This document shows positions 49,924 to 59,181 of a stretch of DNA of 64,000 nucleotides, one piece after another (positions within the stretch are counted from its first letter, which is position 1; each line of letters starts with the position of its first letter). Under the pieces are notes generated by a model that was not told where the DNA came from, made no database searches, and saw nothing but the letters and a program-made list of their open reading frames with translations. The stretch is from contig JAJYXI010000051.1 in the NCBI GenBank assembly GCA_021791055.1, forward strand, positions 1,653-65,652. Direction: 5' to 3'. This DNA comes from Nitrospirota bacterium. GTDB taxonomy: Bacteria; Nitrospirota; Thermodesulfovibrionia; Thermodesulfovibrionales; Dissulfurispiraceae. A program made the position numbers and the translations under genes.

Positions 49924-51057
49924 TTACTTTTTCATCAGACTCATTGCCAAATCCACAATCCTCTCTGCTGCATCCATCCTGCCAAAGGCAGCAGCCTTCT
50001 GCATCTCTTTCCTTGCCTTTTCATCAGCGTAAAGCTCTCTTATGGCATCCGCCAAAACTTCGCCTTTCAATTCCCTGTCAAGAATCATCCTTGCAGCACC
50101 CATGTCTTCCAGCTTTCTTGCATTAAACTCCTGATGGTTTGACGCTGCATGGGGAAATGGTATTAATATGGCGGGTTTCCCTATGGCTGTAATCTCCGAC
50201 AGGGTTGTTGCACCTGCCCTGCAAACCACAATATCAGCTACGGTATACGCCTCTGCCATCTGGTATATAAACGGCACTACAATGCCGTTAAATCCAAGCC
50301 TCCTGTATGCATTCTTTACCTTCTCATAATCAGTCTCCCCTGTCTGATGGAGAAACTGAATATTTTGCCTTAAATCCAGAAGGTAATTCAATGCCTCTAA
50401 TATGGAACTGTTTATGCTTCTCGCCCCTGAACTGCCGCCGAAAACAAATACGGTGAATTTGCCCTTCTCGATGGGGAATAATGAGAAAGACCTCTTCTCA
50501 TCCCTTTGCAGTATCTGCCTTCTTATAGGATTTCCTGTGAGATAAGCCCTGTCTTTTGGGAAAAATGAGATGCTTTCCTGATAGGTCAGGGCGATTGCAT
50601 CCACAAATTTCCCGAGGAATTTATTCGCAAATCCGGGAACAGAGTTCTGCTCAAGTATTATTGTAGGAATACCCTTCAAATATGCGGTAAGAACCATTCC
50701 GACCGATGCATAACCGCCAACGCCGATTACCGCATCAGGCCTGACGGATTTGAGGATTCTGTAAGAGCCATGTATAGAAAGGATAAAGGAAAAGAGCGCC
50801 CTGATTTTTTTAAATAATGATTTTCCGACGAATCCCTCTGCCTTTAAAAACCTTATGGGATAGCCCTCTCTGGGAATGACACGAGCCTCTATTCCGTGCT
50901 CTGTACCAATAAAGACTATGTCAGTTTTTTGTATTCTGTCTTTTGACTCCTGACCCCTGACTCCTGACTCCCGACTCCTGTTAAGGAACTCCTCTGCTAC
51001 TGCAATACCCGGATAAAGGTGACCCCCCGTTCCTCCGCCTGCAATTATTATTTTCAT
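49924..51057 (-). CDS. murG: Undecaprenyl-PP-MurNAc-pentapeptide GlcNAc transferase
   Basis: GGGTGGH, GGY, EQN, GGSSGA, RAGATT, HQEFNA. Confidence 0.97.
   Translation of the reverse strand: MKIIIAGGGTGGHLYPGIAVAEEFLNRSRESGVRGQESKDRIQKTDIVFIGTEHGIEARVIPREGYPIRFLKAEGFVGKSLFKKIRALFSFILSIHGSYRILKSVRPDAVIGVGGYASVGMVLTAYLKGIPTIILEQNSVPGFANKFLGKFVDAIALTYQESISFFPKDRAYLTGNPIRRQILQRDEKRSFSLFPIEKGKFTVFVFGGSSGARSINSSILEALNYLLDLRQNIQFLHQTGETDYEKVKNAYRRLGFNGIVVPFIYQMAEAYTVADIVVCRAGATTLSEITAIGKPAILIPFPHAASNHQEFNARKLEDMGAARMILDRELKGEVLADAIRELYADEKARKEMQKAAAFGRMDAAERIVDLAMSLMKK
50930..50980. repeat. Intragenic heptamer array (TGACTCC-type) in murG
   Basis: tgtattc tgtcttt tgactcc tgacccc tgactcc tgactcc cgactcc, encoding RSRESGVRGQESKDRIQ; same unit as in mutS. 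Confidence 0.88.
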
Positions 51058-51093
51058 AGTGTACCTGACAATTTTTAGTAAAATGATAAAAAA

Positions 51094-52362
51094 CTATATC
51101 CTTCTCATTTTACTATATCTTCTATATCCCTGTCCCCTCTGCCATCGCGGGTGTTGATTAACAGACAGTTGATAGCGGGTACGGGCAGGCCTTAGAACCG
51201 TCACATCAGCGGCCGGATTGTTCGTGGTATGCATTCTGTGTTCTGTTTCGTCTTTGGCGGACTGTGTTTTAGAGACATTCAACAGTAGTCCTATGGCTGT
51301 CATGCTCACAAGAAGGGATGAGCCTCCGTAGCTGATAAACGGCAGGGGAAGACCCTTTGTTGGCACCATCCCTGTAACAACGGCAAAATTTATGACAGCC
51401 TGAATAGCTATCATCATGGATATTCCAAAGGCGAGATAATACGAGAAAGCATCTGATGTCCTTCTTGCAATGGCAATGCCTTTAAGAAAAAGAATAAAGA
51501 ATAAAAAGACAACGAAGACCACGCCTATGAATCCAAGCTCCTCGCCGATCAATGAAAAAATAAAGTCCGTATGCACCTCTGGCAGAAATGAGAGCTTCTG
51601 TTTTCCTTCTCCGAGTCCCACTCCGCTAATGCCTCCGCTTCCAAGGGCTATGAATGACTGGACAAGCTGGAATCCGCTTCCCTGCGCATCCTTCCAAGGA
51701 TCGAGAAATGCCGCAACCCTTTTCCATCTGTAAGGCTCTGTTATCAGCTTGACGATAACAGGTATTGCGACAACACCCAGCGACAGTATATAGCGAAGTC
51801 TTATGCCCGATAAGAATAGCAACGCCATTGTAATGAGACCAAGGCTCATAAAAGCACCAAAGTCAGGCTGTTTTAAGAATACAACCTGAAATATGCCCAT
51901 AACGCCTACAGGAATCATAAACGACAAAAACCTGTCTTTCTTATAGCTCGAAAGGCTCATGTACCATGAAAGGAATATAACCATGCACAGCTTTACAAGC
52001 TCCGAAGGCTGAAAAGTGGACGGCCAGATTCTTATCCATCTCCTTGCGCCTCCTGCAGTGACTCCAAATTTTGTGAAAACCATCAGCAGACAGACAAGCG
52101 ATATTGCAAGGAGCGGTATGGACAGTTTTTTCAAATATTTTAGAGGCACTTTATATGCGATAAACATAGCAATTATGCCCAATAACACAGTGAACAACTG
52201 CTTCCTAAGGAAACCGAACTGGCTTATCGCCACCCCTTTTTTACGGTACTTTTCGACCATGTCGGGAGAGATTACCGAGGTGGAGCTGTAAACAGCCATC
52301 AGCCCTACGAGTATAAGCAGAAGAACGATGAGTAGTATCCATCTGTCATACTGCTGCTTCAT
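51094..52362 (-). CDS. ftsW: SEDS peptidoglycan glycosyltransferase FtsW
   Basis: GARRWI, QPSE, QPDFG, LPEVHTDF, LPFISYGGSS. Confidence 0.96.
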   Translation of the reverse strand: MKQQYDRWILLIVLLLILVGLMAVYSSTSVISPDMVEKYRKKGVAISQFGFLRKQLFTVLLGIIAMFIAYKVPLKYLKKLSIPLLAISLVCLLMVFTKFGVTAGGARRWIRIWPSTFQPSELVKLCMVIFLSWYMSLSSYKKDRFLSFMIPVGVMGIFQVVFLKQPDFGAFMSLGLITMALLFLSGIRLRYILSLGVVAIPVIVKLITEPYRWKRVAAFLDPWKDAQGSGFQLVQSFIALGSGGISGVGLGEGKQKLSFLPEVHTDFIFSLIGEELGFIGVVFVVFLFFILFLKGIAIARRTSDAFSYYLAFGISMMIAIQAVINFAVVTGMVPTKGLPLPFISYGGSSLLVSMTAIGLLLNVSKTQSAKDETEHRMHTTNNPAADVTVLRPARTRYQLSVNQHPRWQRGQGYRRYSKMRRI

Positions 52363-53858
52363 AGCTCCATCACCGCCTTTTTAAACTGTCTGCCCCTGTC
52401 CTCGAAATCCCTGAACATATCAAAACTCGCACAGGCAGGAGAAAGCAGAACCACATCGCCATGTGAAGCTGCCTGTTTGGCCTTCAATACGGCAGCCCTG
52501 AAATCATCTTCCATAAAAACCTCTTTAGCCGCCTCTCCAACTGCTCTTTTTATTTTGTCCTTTGCTTCTCCGATAAGAATAAGGGACTTGACCTTTTCTT
52601 TGATAAGTGGCCTTAAAACCGAGAAGTCGCTGTCCTTATCCCTGCCGCCTGCGATAAGTATCACAGGCTCACTGAAACTCTCAAGGGACTTTATAACAGC
52701 CCCTACATTCGTTCCCTTGGAGTCGTTGATAAACTTCACTCCATCTACCTCGCGCACAAACTCAAGCCTGTGTTCAAGCCCCGGAAATGTCTTCAGCGTA
52801 TCAATTACAGCATCCGCATTACATCCTGACAGCAGCGCCATTAAAGATGATGCCATAGCATTTTCGATATTGTGAACGCCCTTTATTCTGAAGTCAGGAG
52901 TCAGAAGTCGGAAGTCAGAAGAAAAATTTTGAATTTTGAATTTTAGATTTTGAATTTTAGATTCAGGCAGATTGAATCTTATAACATTATCCTGAAGATA
53001 AGCGCCCTCAACTTCTCTCTTCCTGCTGAAATAGAAAATTTCTGGTATTCTTTTGACTCTTGACTCTTGACTCTTGACTCTTTGCATTATATCTTCAGTT
53101 GCTGGGTCATCTGCATTTAACACCAGAAAGTCGCCAGCCCCCTGATTTAAAAATATCCTGCATTTCGCATCTATATAATCGGACATCGAAGAATATCTGT
53201 CGAGATGGTCGGGTGTGATATTCAATATAGCCGCACCTTTCGGCCTGAATCTATCGATGGATTCAAGCTGGAAGCTCGACACCTCGGCAACTATATAATC
53301 AATATTTGATTTGTCTTCTGATTTCAGAATCTCCTCTGTCAGCGCATTGCCTATGTTGCCGCCAAGGAGGGTATTAAACCTGCCATTTTTCAGCATTTCA
53401 TAAAGCAGCATAGTAGTTGTTGATTTTCCATTAGTCCCTGTTACAGCAAGAAAAGACGGGCGATGGACAATAGGCGATAGGCGATAAGAAGAAATCTCTT
53501 GCTTACTACCCATAGCCTCTTGCCTATTGCCTATTGCCTCTACTATTTGATACGCCAGCTCCAGTTCACCGATTATCTTTATCCCCTTTTCTGCTGCAGC
53601 CTTCAAAGGAGGAATATTTAATGGCACTCCAGGGCTTACAATAATGAGGTCGGTTTTTTCGAATAACTCTTTAGGATGATTTCCGAGTTCAAGTCTAATG
53701 TCAGGGCTAAGTTTTTCTATGAAGGCTTTAAGTGACCGGGAATCCTTCTTATCTGTTACTGTGACAATGGCACCGAGTTTAGAGAGCAGATTGGCTGCGC
53801 CAACTCCGCTTCTTGCAAGACCGACAATAGTAACCTTTTTACCTTTCAAGTCTATCAA
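52359..53858 (-). CDS. murD: UDP-MurNAc-L-Ala--D-Glu ligase
   Basis: GLARSG, GTNGKST, EVSSFQL, DHLDRY, NDSKGTN, SPACASFD. Confidence 0.97.
   Translation of the reverse strand: MIDLKGKKVTIVGLARSGVGAANLLSKLGAIVTVTDKKDSRSLKAFIEKLSPDIRLELGNHPKELFEKTDLIIVSPGVPLNIPPLKAAAEKGIKIIGELELAYQIVEAIGNRQEAMGSKQEISSYRLSPIVHRPSFLAVTGTNGKSTTTMLLYEMLKNGRFNTLLGGNIGNALTEEILKSEDKSNIDYIVAEVSSFQLESIDRFRPKGAAILNITPDHLDRYSSMSDYIDAKCRIFLNQGAGDFLVLNADDPATEDIMQRVKSQESRVKRIPEIFYFSRKREVEGAYLQDNVIRFNLPESKIQNLKFKIQNFSSDFRLLTPDFRIKGVHNIENAMASSLMALLSGCNADAVIDTLKTFPGLEHRLEFVREVDGVKFINDSKGTNVGAVIKSLESFSEPVILIAGGRDKDSDFSVLRPLIKEKVKSLILIGEAKDKIKRAVGEAAKEVFMEDDFRAAVLKAKQAASHGDVVLLSPACASFDMFRDFEDRGRQFKKAVMEL
52890..52964. repeat. 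Two adjacent heptamer arrays (GAAGTCA; AATTTTG) in murD
   Basis: Encodes ESKIQNLKFKIQNFSSDFRLLTPDF. Confidence 0.88.
53053..53082. repeat. Heptamer array (TTGACTC)x4 in murD
   Basis: Encodes RVKSQESRVK. Confidence 0.9.
53456..53540. repeat. Inverted pair of heptamer arrays in murD
   Basis: caataggcgataggcgataag facing tagcctcttgcctattgcctattg, encoding AIGNRQEAMGSKQEISSYRLSPIVHRP. Confidence 0.85.
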
Positions 53859-53903
53859 TACTTACACTCAACCTCGCTATCTCTTCGCTTCTCAGCAGAT
53901 ACC

Positions 53904-55019
53904 TCAAGATTTACTCATAGGTTCCTGTCTCTGCACGGAAAGCCCCGAAGATTTTTTTGCTTTCTTCTTGGTGACTTTAACATGAGAACTCTTTTTATTT
54001 GCCTTCTTGGCTATCTTGTGAGTTTTATTCTTATGTTTCTTTGCGATTGCATGGGCCTTTCGTGCGTTTTTATGTTTTGCGCTCTTATATCTTTTTTCGG
54101 CTTTATAAGATGCAAAAACCACAGGCCTTTCATCCACACTGCTGAAATAAATCATCGGCTCCGCCCTCTGGGTTAAGACATCATAGCCTTTTGCCAAAAG
54201 CACTGTAGAGTCATCCCAGAGATTGTCCCTCGCAGACTCGCCTAAGACAGCGGCTATCAATGTATTTTGCCCCTTTTTTGCAGCGCATACAAAGCAGTGC
54301 CTCGCCGCTCTTGTATAGCCGGTCTTTCCTCCAAGATTGTCGTCATCGGTCCACAGGAGCTGATTTGTATTTTTGATAAATATACGCCTTCCTCTCTCTG
54401 AAAAAATCTCCTTTGCCCTTGTATTGATTATCTCACGAATTAAGGGATACCTCAGGGATTCTTTCATCACCTTGGCAAGGTCAAAGGCTGTTATATACTG
54501 GTCATGCCCGGGAAGTCCCGAGGCGTTTATAAATCTTGTATTTTCTGCGCCTATACGGCTTGCCTTATCATTCATCATCTCCACAAATGCATCTTCGGAC
54601 CCTGCAGTTGCTTCTGCGAGTGCAACTGCAGCGCTGTTTACAGACCTTATGAGGGCAAGGTCCAAAAGATCTCTAACGCTGTATTTTTCTCCTGCCCTTA
54701 GACGAGGACTCACCGATGGCGTGTTTGCCGCATTCTCGCTGATTGTGACAGCAGAATCGGGATTAATCCTGTCCAGAGCAACCATAGCTGTAATAAGCTT
54801 TGTAGTGCTTGCAGGAGGCAGTTTCAGGTTAGGATTTTTTGCATAGAGTATCTTTTCGCTTGCACTGTCTACCACAACTGCAGCCCTTGCAGAAATTTCA
54901 TCGGCATAAGCAATTAATAGTGAACAGTGGATAGCAAATAGTAAAAAAATAGGGATAAACAGTAATCTTTTCCATATCTTGACTGGCGACTGACGACTGA
55001 TGACTGATGACTGTTTCAT
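53904..55019 (-). CDS. D-Ala-D-Ala carboxypeptidase/endopeptidase (peptidase S11) with Lys-rich tail
   Basis: PASTTK (SxxK), SVN (SxN), GKTG; N-terminus contains heptamer arrays at 54916-54943 and 54980-55014. Confidence 0.9.
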   Translation of the reverse strand: MKQSSVISRQSPVKIWKRLLFIPIFLLFAIHCSLLIAYADEISARAAVVVDSASEKILYAKNPNLKLPPASTTKLITAMVALDRINPDSAVTISENAANTPSVSPRLRAGEKYSVRDLLDLALIRSVNSAAVALAEATAGSEDAFVEMMNDKASRIGAENTRFINASGLPGHDQYITAFDLAKVMKESLRYPLIREIINTRAKEIFSERGRRIFIKNTNQLLWTDDDNLGGKTGYTRAARHCFVCAAKKGQNTLIAAVLGESARDNLWDDSTVLLAKGYDVLTQRAEPMIYFSSVDERPVVFASYKAEKRYKSAKHKNARKAHAIAKKHKNKTHKIAKKANKKSSHVKVTKKKAKKSSGLSVQRQEPMSKS

Positions 55020-55023
55020 ATTT

Positions 55024-56106
55024 TCACCTCAATTTTAATGTTGCAAGGCTGAATAATGCAAGGATTATTCCTACAATCCAGAATCTTACTATTACTTTTG
55101 GTTCCGGCCATCCTTTAAGCTCAAAATGATGATGTATAGGCGCCATCTTAAATATCCTCTTGCCTGTGAGCTTAAATGACATGACCTGAAGGACAACAGA
55201 GATCGTCTCTATAACAAATATACCGCCTACGATAGCAAGGACAATCTCGTGTTTTGTTATAACCGCAAGGGTGCCGAGGGCGCCGCCCAATGACAGCGAG
55301 CCGACATCCCCCATAAAAACCTCTGCAGGATGTGAGTTATACCACAGGAATCCCAACGAAGCGCCAAGCATGGCGCCGCAGAATACAGTCAGCTCTCCTA
55401 TTCCCGGAATGTAAAGAACCTGCAGGTATTTTGCAAACTGTGCATGCCCTGATATATAAACAAGAGCCACATTGGCAATAGTAGCTATGGCAACAAGCCC
55501 TATGGCAAGGCCGTCTATGCCATCTGTCAGATTTACCGCATTGGAAGATCCTACAATAACAAAGACCGAAAACGGGATGTAAAAATAGCCGAGGTCAAAG
55601 AGCCACTTTTTGAAAAAGGGAATGCTCAAAACCGTATTATACGGGTCGTGGGGATTGGCATAAAGGAAGACGCCTATGGTAAAGGCGAGAATAAGCTGCA
55701 AACCGAATTTGTACACCGCCTTCAACCCCTTCGGGTTTTTCTTCACCGTCTTAAGATAATCATCCAGAAAACCGATTGCGCCGAATCCGAGCAGAGAAAT
55801 CATTACCACCCATAGATAAATATTCCTGAAATTTCCCCACATGAGCATCGAAACTGTGATTGCTAAAAGGATAATAATGCCTCCCATTGTCGGAGTGCCT
55901 GCCTTTGAATAATGGGTCTTTGGCCCATCATCCCTTATCTGCTGGGTCATGCTGATTTTCCTGAGCCATCTGATAACCGGTGGCGCTATGACAAACGCAA
56001 CTATCAGGGCAGTCATTGCTGCAAGAGATGTCCTGAAGGTTATATACCTGAATACATTAAAAGGAGAGAAATAATTATGCAGGCTATAAAGCAGTTCGTA
56101 TAGCAT
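55024..56106 (-). CDS. mraY: Phospho-MurNAc-pentapeptide transferase
   Basis: GTPTMGG, NAVNLTDGIDGL, FMGDVGS, MAPIHHHFE; start probably MLYELL. Confidence 0.97.
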   Translation of the reverse strand: MLYELLYSLHNYFSPFNVFRYITFRTSLAAMTALIVAFVIAPPVIRWLRKISMTQQIRDDGPKTHYSKAGTPTMGGIIILLAITVSMLMWGNFRNIYLWVVMISLLGFGAIGFLDDYLKTVKKNPKGLKAVYKFGLQLILAFTIGVFLYANPHDPYNTVLSIPFFKKWLFDLGYFYIPFSVFVIVGSSNAVNLTDGIDGLAIGLVAIATIANVALVYISGHAQFAKYLQVLYIPGIGELTVFCGAMLGASLGFLWYNSHPAEVFMGDVGSLSLGGALGTLAVITKHEIVLAIVGGIFVIETISVVLQVMSFKLTGKRIFKMAPIHHHFELKGWPEPKVIVRFWIVGIILALFSLATLKLR

Positions 56107-56110
56107 GGTG

Positions 56111-57529
56111 TCAGCCTCTATGCTGTCCCGCAAAGTCCACCGACTTTTTGGAACCATCTTCTTCTATTGCAGCCATTACCTTCTCCATCCTCATTCCCCT
56201 CGAACCCTTTATCAAAACAATGTCACCGTCTTCGATTATCTTGCTCAACTCAATGCCTGCATCCTCCGATGTATCAGCACAAATCCCTTTACCTCTGAAT
56301 TCAGAGACAGCAAGCGCCATGAGCGGACCTACACCTATAAAAACATCAACAGCCATATCAGACAGCTTTTTGCCCAGTTTTTTATGGCCGGCAATACCGT
56401 AGTCGCCAAGCTCCAGCATATCTCCCAGTACCGCAATTGCCCTCTTATATTTCCCTGTATATTTTCCTGCATCGGCAAACCGCGCCAGTTCATTTATCGA
56501 TTCTTCCATGGATGACGGATTTGCATTATATACATCATTCAGGAATGTCACGCCTTTTTCCCGCCTTACCTCAAACCTCATATTGACACCCGTAAAAGAC
56601 TCAAGCCCTTTCTTGATTTCATACAGATTAAACCCAATCGCATGTGCAGCAGAGGCTGCAGCAAGGGAGTTGTATACATTGAAGCGGCCCGGTATTTTTG
56701 AATCTATATCAATACATCCACTATTTGCGCATATAATGAATCTTGTGCCGTCATCAGAAAAATCAATATCCTTAACAGTCAGATCTGCATCCTTCGCTTC
56801 GATGCCGAAGGTTATAACATCTCCTTTAAACTTTGCATTAACACCTTCCATAAGAAATGAGTCATCTGCATTCACAACAAGCTTCTTCGCATAAGGAGCT
56901 ATTTCAAGCTCCGAGTCCCTGACTTTATGCAGAGAGCCAAACCCCTGAAGGTGCTCATAGCCTATATTTGTAACGACGCCGACATCAGGCATCGCGATGT
57001 TGCACAGTTCATCTATGTCGCCGGGCCTGTTTGTCCCCATCTCAAGGACCATGACCCCGGTATCTTTATCCATCTTGGTAATCGAAAGCGGCATCCCTAT
57101 GTGATTGTTAAGGTTCCCCATTGTTTTAAGGACATTCATCCTGGTACCGAGGATTGATGAAATAAGCTCCTTTGTTGTTGTCTTGCCATTGCTTCCAACC
57201 ACGCCGATTACATGCCCATTAAAGCTTTTCCTTATATATCTTCCTAAATCATGCAAGGCAAGCAGTGTGTTGTCCACAAGGATTATAGTCCTGTCCGTGA
57301 ACCGTGAACCGTGAACCGTGAACCGTGAACTGTTTACAATAGCGCCCTTTCCTGTTTTCAAGGCGTCTGACAGAAAATCATGACCGTCGAATCTGTCTCC
57401 ATTCAATGCAATAAACAGTTCGCCGCTTTTTATCGTCCTTGAGTCTATTGATACGCCTGTAAATTCGCTCTCTCCCTCTGAAACAAGCCTGCCTCGCGTT
57501 GCCTCAATTATATCCCTGATATTCAGCAT
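56111..57529 (-). CDS. murF: UDP-MurNAc-tripeptide--D-Ala-D-Ala ligase
   Basis: GSNGKTTTK, NNHIGMP, DVYNANP, GDMLELG, KGSRG. Confidence 0.96.
   Translation of the reverse strand: MLNIRDIIEATRGRLVSEGESEFTGVSIDSRTIKSGELFIALNGDRFDGHDFLSDALKTGKGAIVNSSRFTVHGSRFTDRTIILVDNTLLALHDLGRYIRKSFNGHVIGVVGSNGKTTTKELISSILGTRMNVLKTMGNLNNHIGMPLSITKMDKDTGVMVLEMGTNRPGDIDELCNIAMPDVGVVTNIGYEHLQGFGSLHKVRDSELEIAPYAKKLVVNADDSFLMEGVNAKFKGDVITFGIEAKDADLTVKDIDFSDDGTRFIICANSGCIDIDSKIPGRFNVYNSLAAASAAHAIGFNLYEIKKGLESFTGVNMRFEVRREKGVTFLNDVYNANPSSMEESINELARFADAGKYTGKYKRAIAVLGDMLELGDYGIAGHKKLGKKLSDMAVDVFIGVGPLMALAVSEFRGKGICADTSEDAGIELSKIIEDGDIVLIKGSRGMRMEKVMAAIEEDGSKKSVDFAGQHRG
57295..57329. repeat. Perfect heptamer array (CCGTGAA)x5 in murF
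   Basis: Coding strand (TTCACGG)5, encoding SRFTVHGSRFT; same unit as fabF 18553-18584. Confidence 0.92.
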
Positions 57530-59181
57530 CTAATATTCTCGGTACCCTTGTAATCGGTTCCTCCTCCAAATGAGGGTCTGCCGATGGATCTTCTGATTGC
57601 ATTCTCAAGAGCAGTCCTGTCGCTGAAATCATAACGCCTTCCCTGAATCTCCTGATAAGCCTCATGCCCTTTGCCTGAGATCAGCACTATATCTCCTGAC
57701 GATGCAAGCTCCACGGCCATGCTGATTGCAACACTCCTGTCAGGAATAACAATATAATTGTCTCCCTCTATACCTTTCTCTATATCCCTTATAATGCCCC
57801 TTGGACTTTCGTTTCTCGGATTGTCGGATGTTATTATCACAAAGTCGCTTAGCTTTGCCGCAATCTCTCCCATCTTTGAGCGCTTGCCTCTGTCCCTGTT
57901 TCCTCCGCAGCCGAAAACAGTAATAATCTTTCCAACCTCTCTCTCTTCGGATATGGAATACTCCTGTCTTTTTGTCTTCAGCATCTTTTCTGTTTTCTCT
58001 GCAAAACGGTAAGCCTCCAACAATTGACGGGCAGTCATCAGAAGCCTCTCAAGGGCATCCTCTGTGTGGGCGTAATCCACAACAGCAAGAAAGTCCTGTC
58101 CAATATCAACCTTTTCAAACCTTCCCTTGACTAATCCTGTCATGGCAATTCCCTCCTTTATTATCTTAATCGGTATATTTAAAGACAATGCTGCACATAT
58201 GGAAGAAAGTATGTTATATACATTTGTTACACCGACAAGGGGAGACCCGAATAGCTCAGAGTTCAGGGTTTGGAGTTCTGAGCTTTTAGTTTGAAGCCTA
58301 AATGATGTCCCCTTAAATGTCGTTTTAATATCAAAAGCGGTTATATCCGCATCTCTGTTATTTATTGCATATGTCAATATCTTCATGCCTCTCCCTTCCA
58401 AGTCATTCACAAGCCTTTCGCCATAAGGGTCATCGGCATTAATAACAGCAGCGCCGTTTTCTTCCAAAAGCTCTGTGAAAAGCCTCTCCTTTGCCATGAA
58501 ATAGTCTTCCATTGTCTGATGAAAATCCAGATGGTCTCTTGTAAGGTTTGTAAAGATCGCCACTTTAAACTTAGTGTAATCCACCCTTTTCTGTGAGAGC
58601 GAGTGGGATGATACCTCCGTAACAACATGGCTGCAGCCTGCATCCAGCATCTGTCTCAGCAGCGCCTGAAAATCAGGGGACTCTGGAGTTGTGTGCGGTG
58701 CATCATAGGCTACATCCTTTATCAGATATGTTATTGTCCCTATCAGGCCGACTCCCTTTCCCCATTTTTCGAGGATGGACTTAATCAGATATGATGTTGT
58801 TGTCTTTCCGTTTGTGCCGGTAATACCGATAACAGCAGCTTCTTCGGACGGCCTTCTGTAAAAATTGTGAGAGATGGATGCAACCGCATCCCTGCAATCC
58901 CTGACCCCAATCCATACTATGTCTGGATATGTATTCATGAGCATTGCTGATTGCTGATTGCTGATTGCTGATTGCTCATAAACTATGGCAACTGCGCCTC
59001 TTCTAACTGCATCTTCGATAAAATTATGACCGTCGAAATTTTCTCCCTTTATTGCAACAAACAGGTCTCCGCTTTTAACATCTCTGGAATCGTACTTCAC
59101 CCCGGAGATATTTATTTCGATATCTCCCTTTACATCAAAATCCTTCATCAATATGTCTTTTATCTTCATATCCATCTTCAT
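57523..59181 (-). CDS. murE: UDP-MurNAc-dipeptide--meso-DAP ligase
   Basis: GTNGKTT, EVSSH, DHLDFH, DYAH, DNPR (DAP-specific), GKGHE. Confidence 0.97.
   Translation of the reverse strand: MKMDMKIKDILMKDFDVKGDIEINISGVKYDSRDVKSGDLFVAIKGENFDGHNFIEDAVRRGAVAIVYEQSAISNQQSAMLMNTYPDIVWIGVRDCRDAVASISHNFYRRPSEEAAVIGITGTNGKTTTSYLIKSILEKWGKGVGLIGTITYLIKDVAYDAPHTTPESPDFQALLRQMLDAGCSHVVTEVSSHSLSQKRVDYTKFKVAIFTNLTRDHLDFHQTMEDYFMAKERLFTELLEENGAAVINADDPYGERLVNDLEGRGMKILTYAINNRDADITAFDIKTTFKGTSFRLQTKSSELQTLNSELFGSPLVGVTNVYNILSSICAALSLNIPIKIIKEGIAMTGLVKGRFEKVDIGQDFLAVVDYAHTEDALERLLMTARQLLEAYRFAEKTEKMLKTKRQEYSISEEREVGKIITVFGCGGNRDRGKRSKMGEIAAKLSDFVIITSDNPRNESPRGIIRDIEKGIEGDNYIVIPDRSVAISMAVELASSGDIVLISGKGHEAYQEIQGRRYDFSDRTALENAIRRSIGRPSFGGGTDYKGTENIRC
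58253..58296. repeat. Degenerate heptamer array in murE
   Basis: agctcag agttcag ggtttgg agttctg agctttt agtttga, encoding LQTKSSELQTLNSEL. Confidence 0.65.
58943..58976. repeat. Heptamer array (ATTGCTG)~5 in murE
   Basis: Encodes QSAISNQQSAM. Confidence 0.92.
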
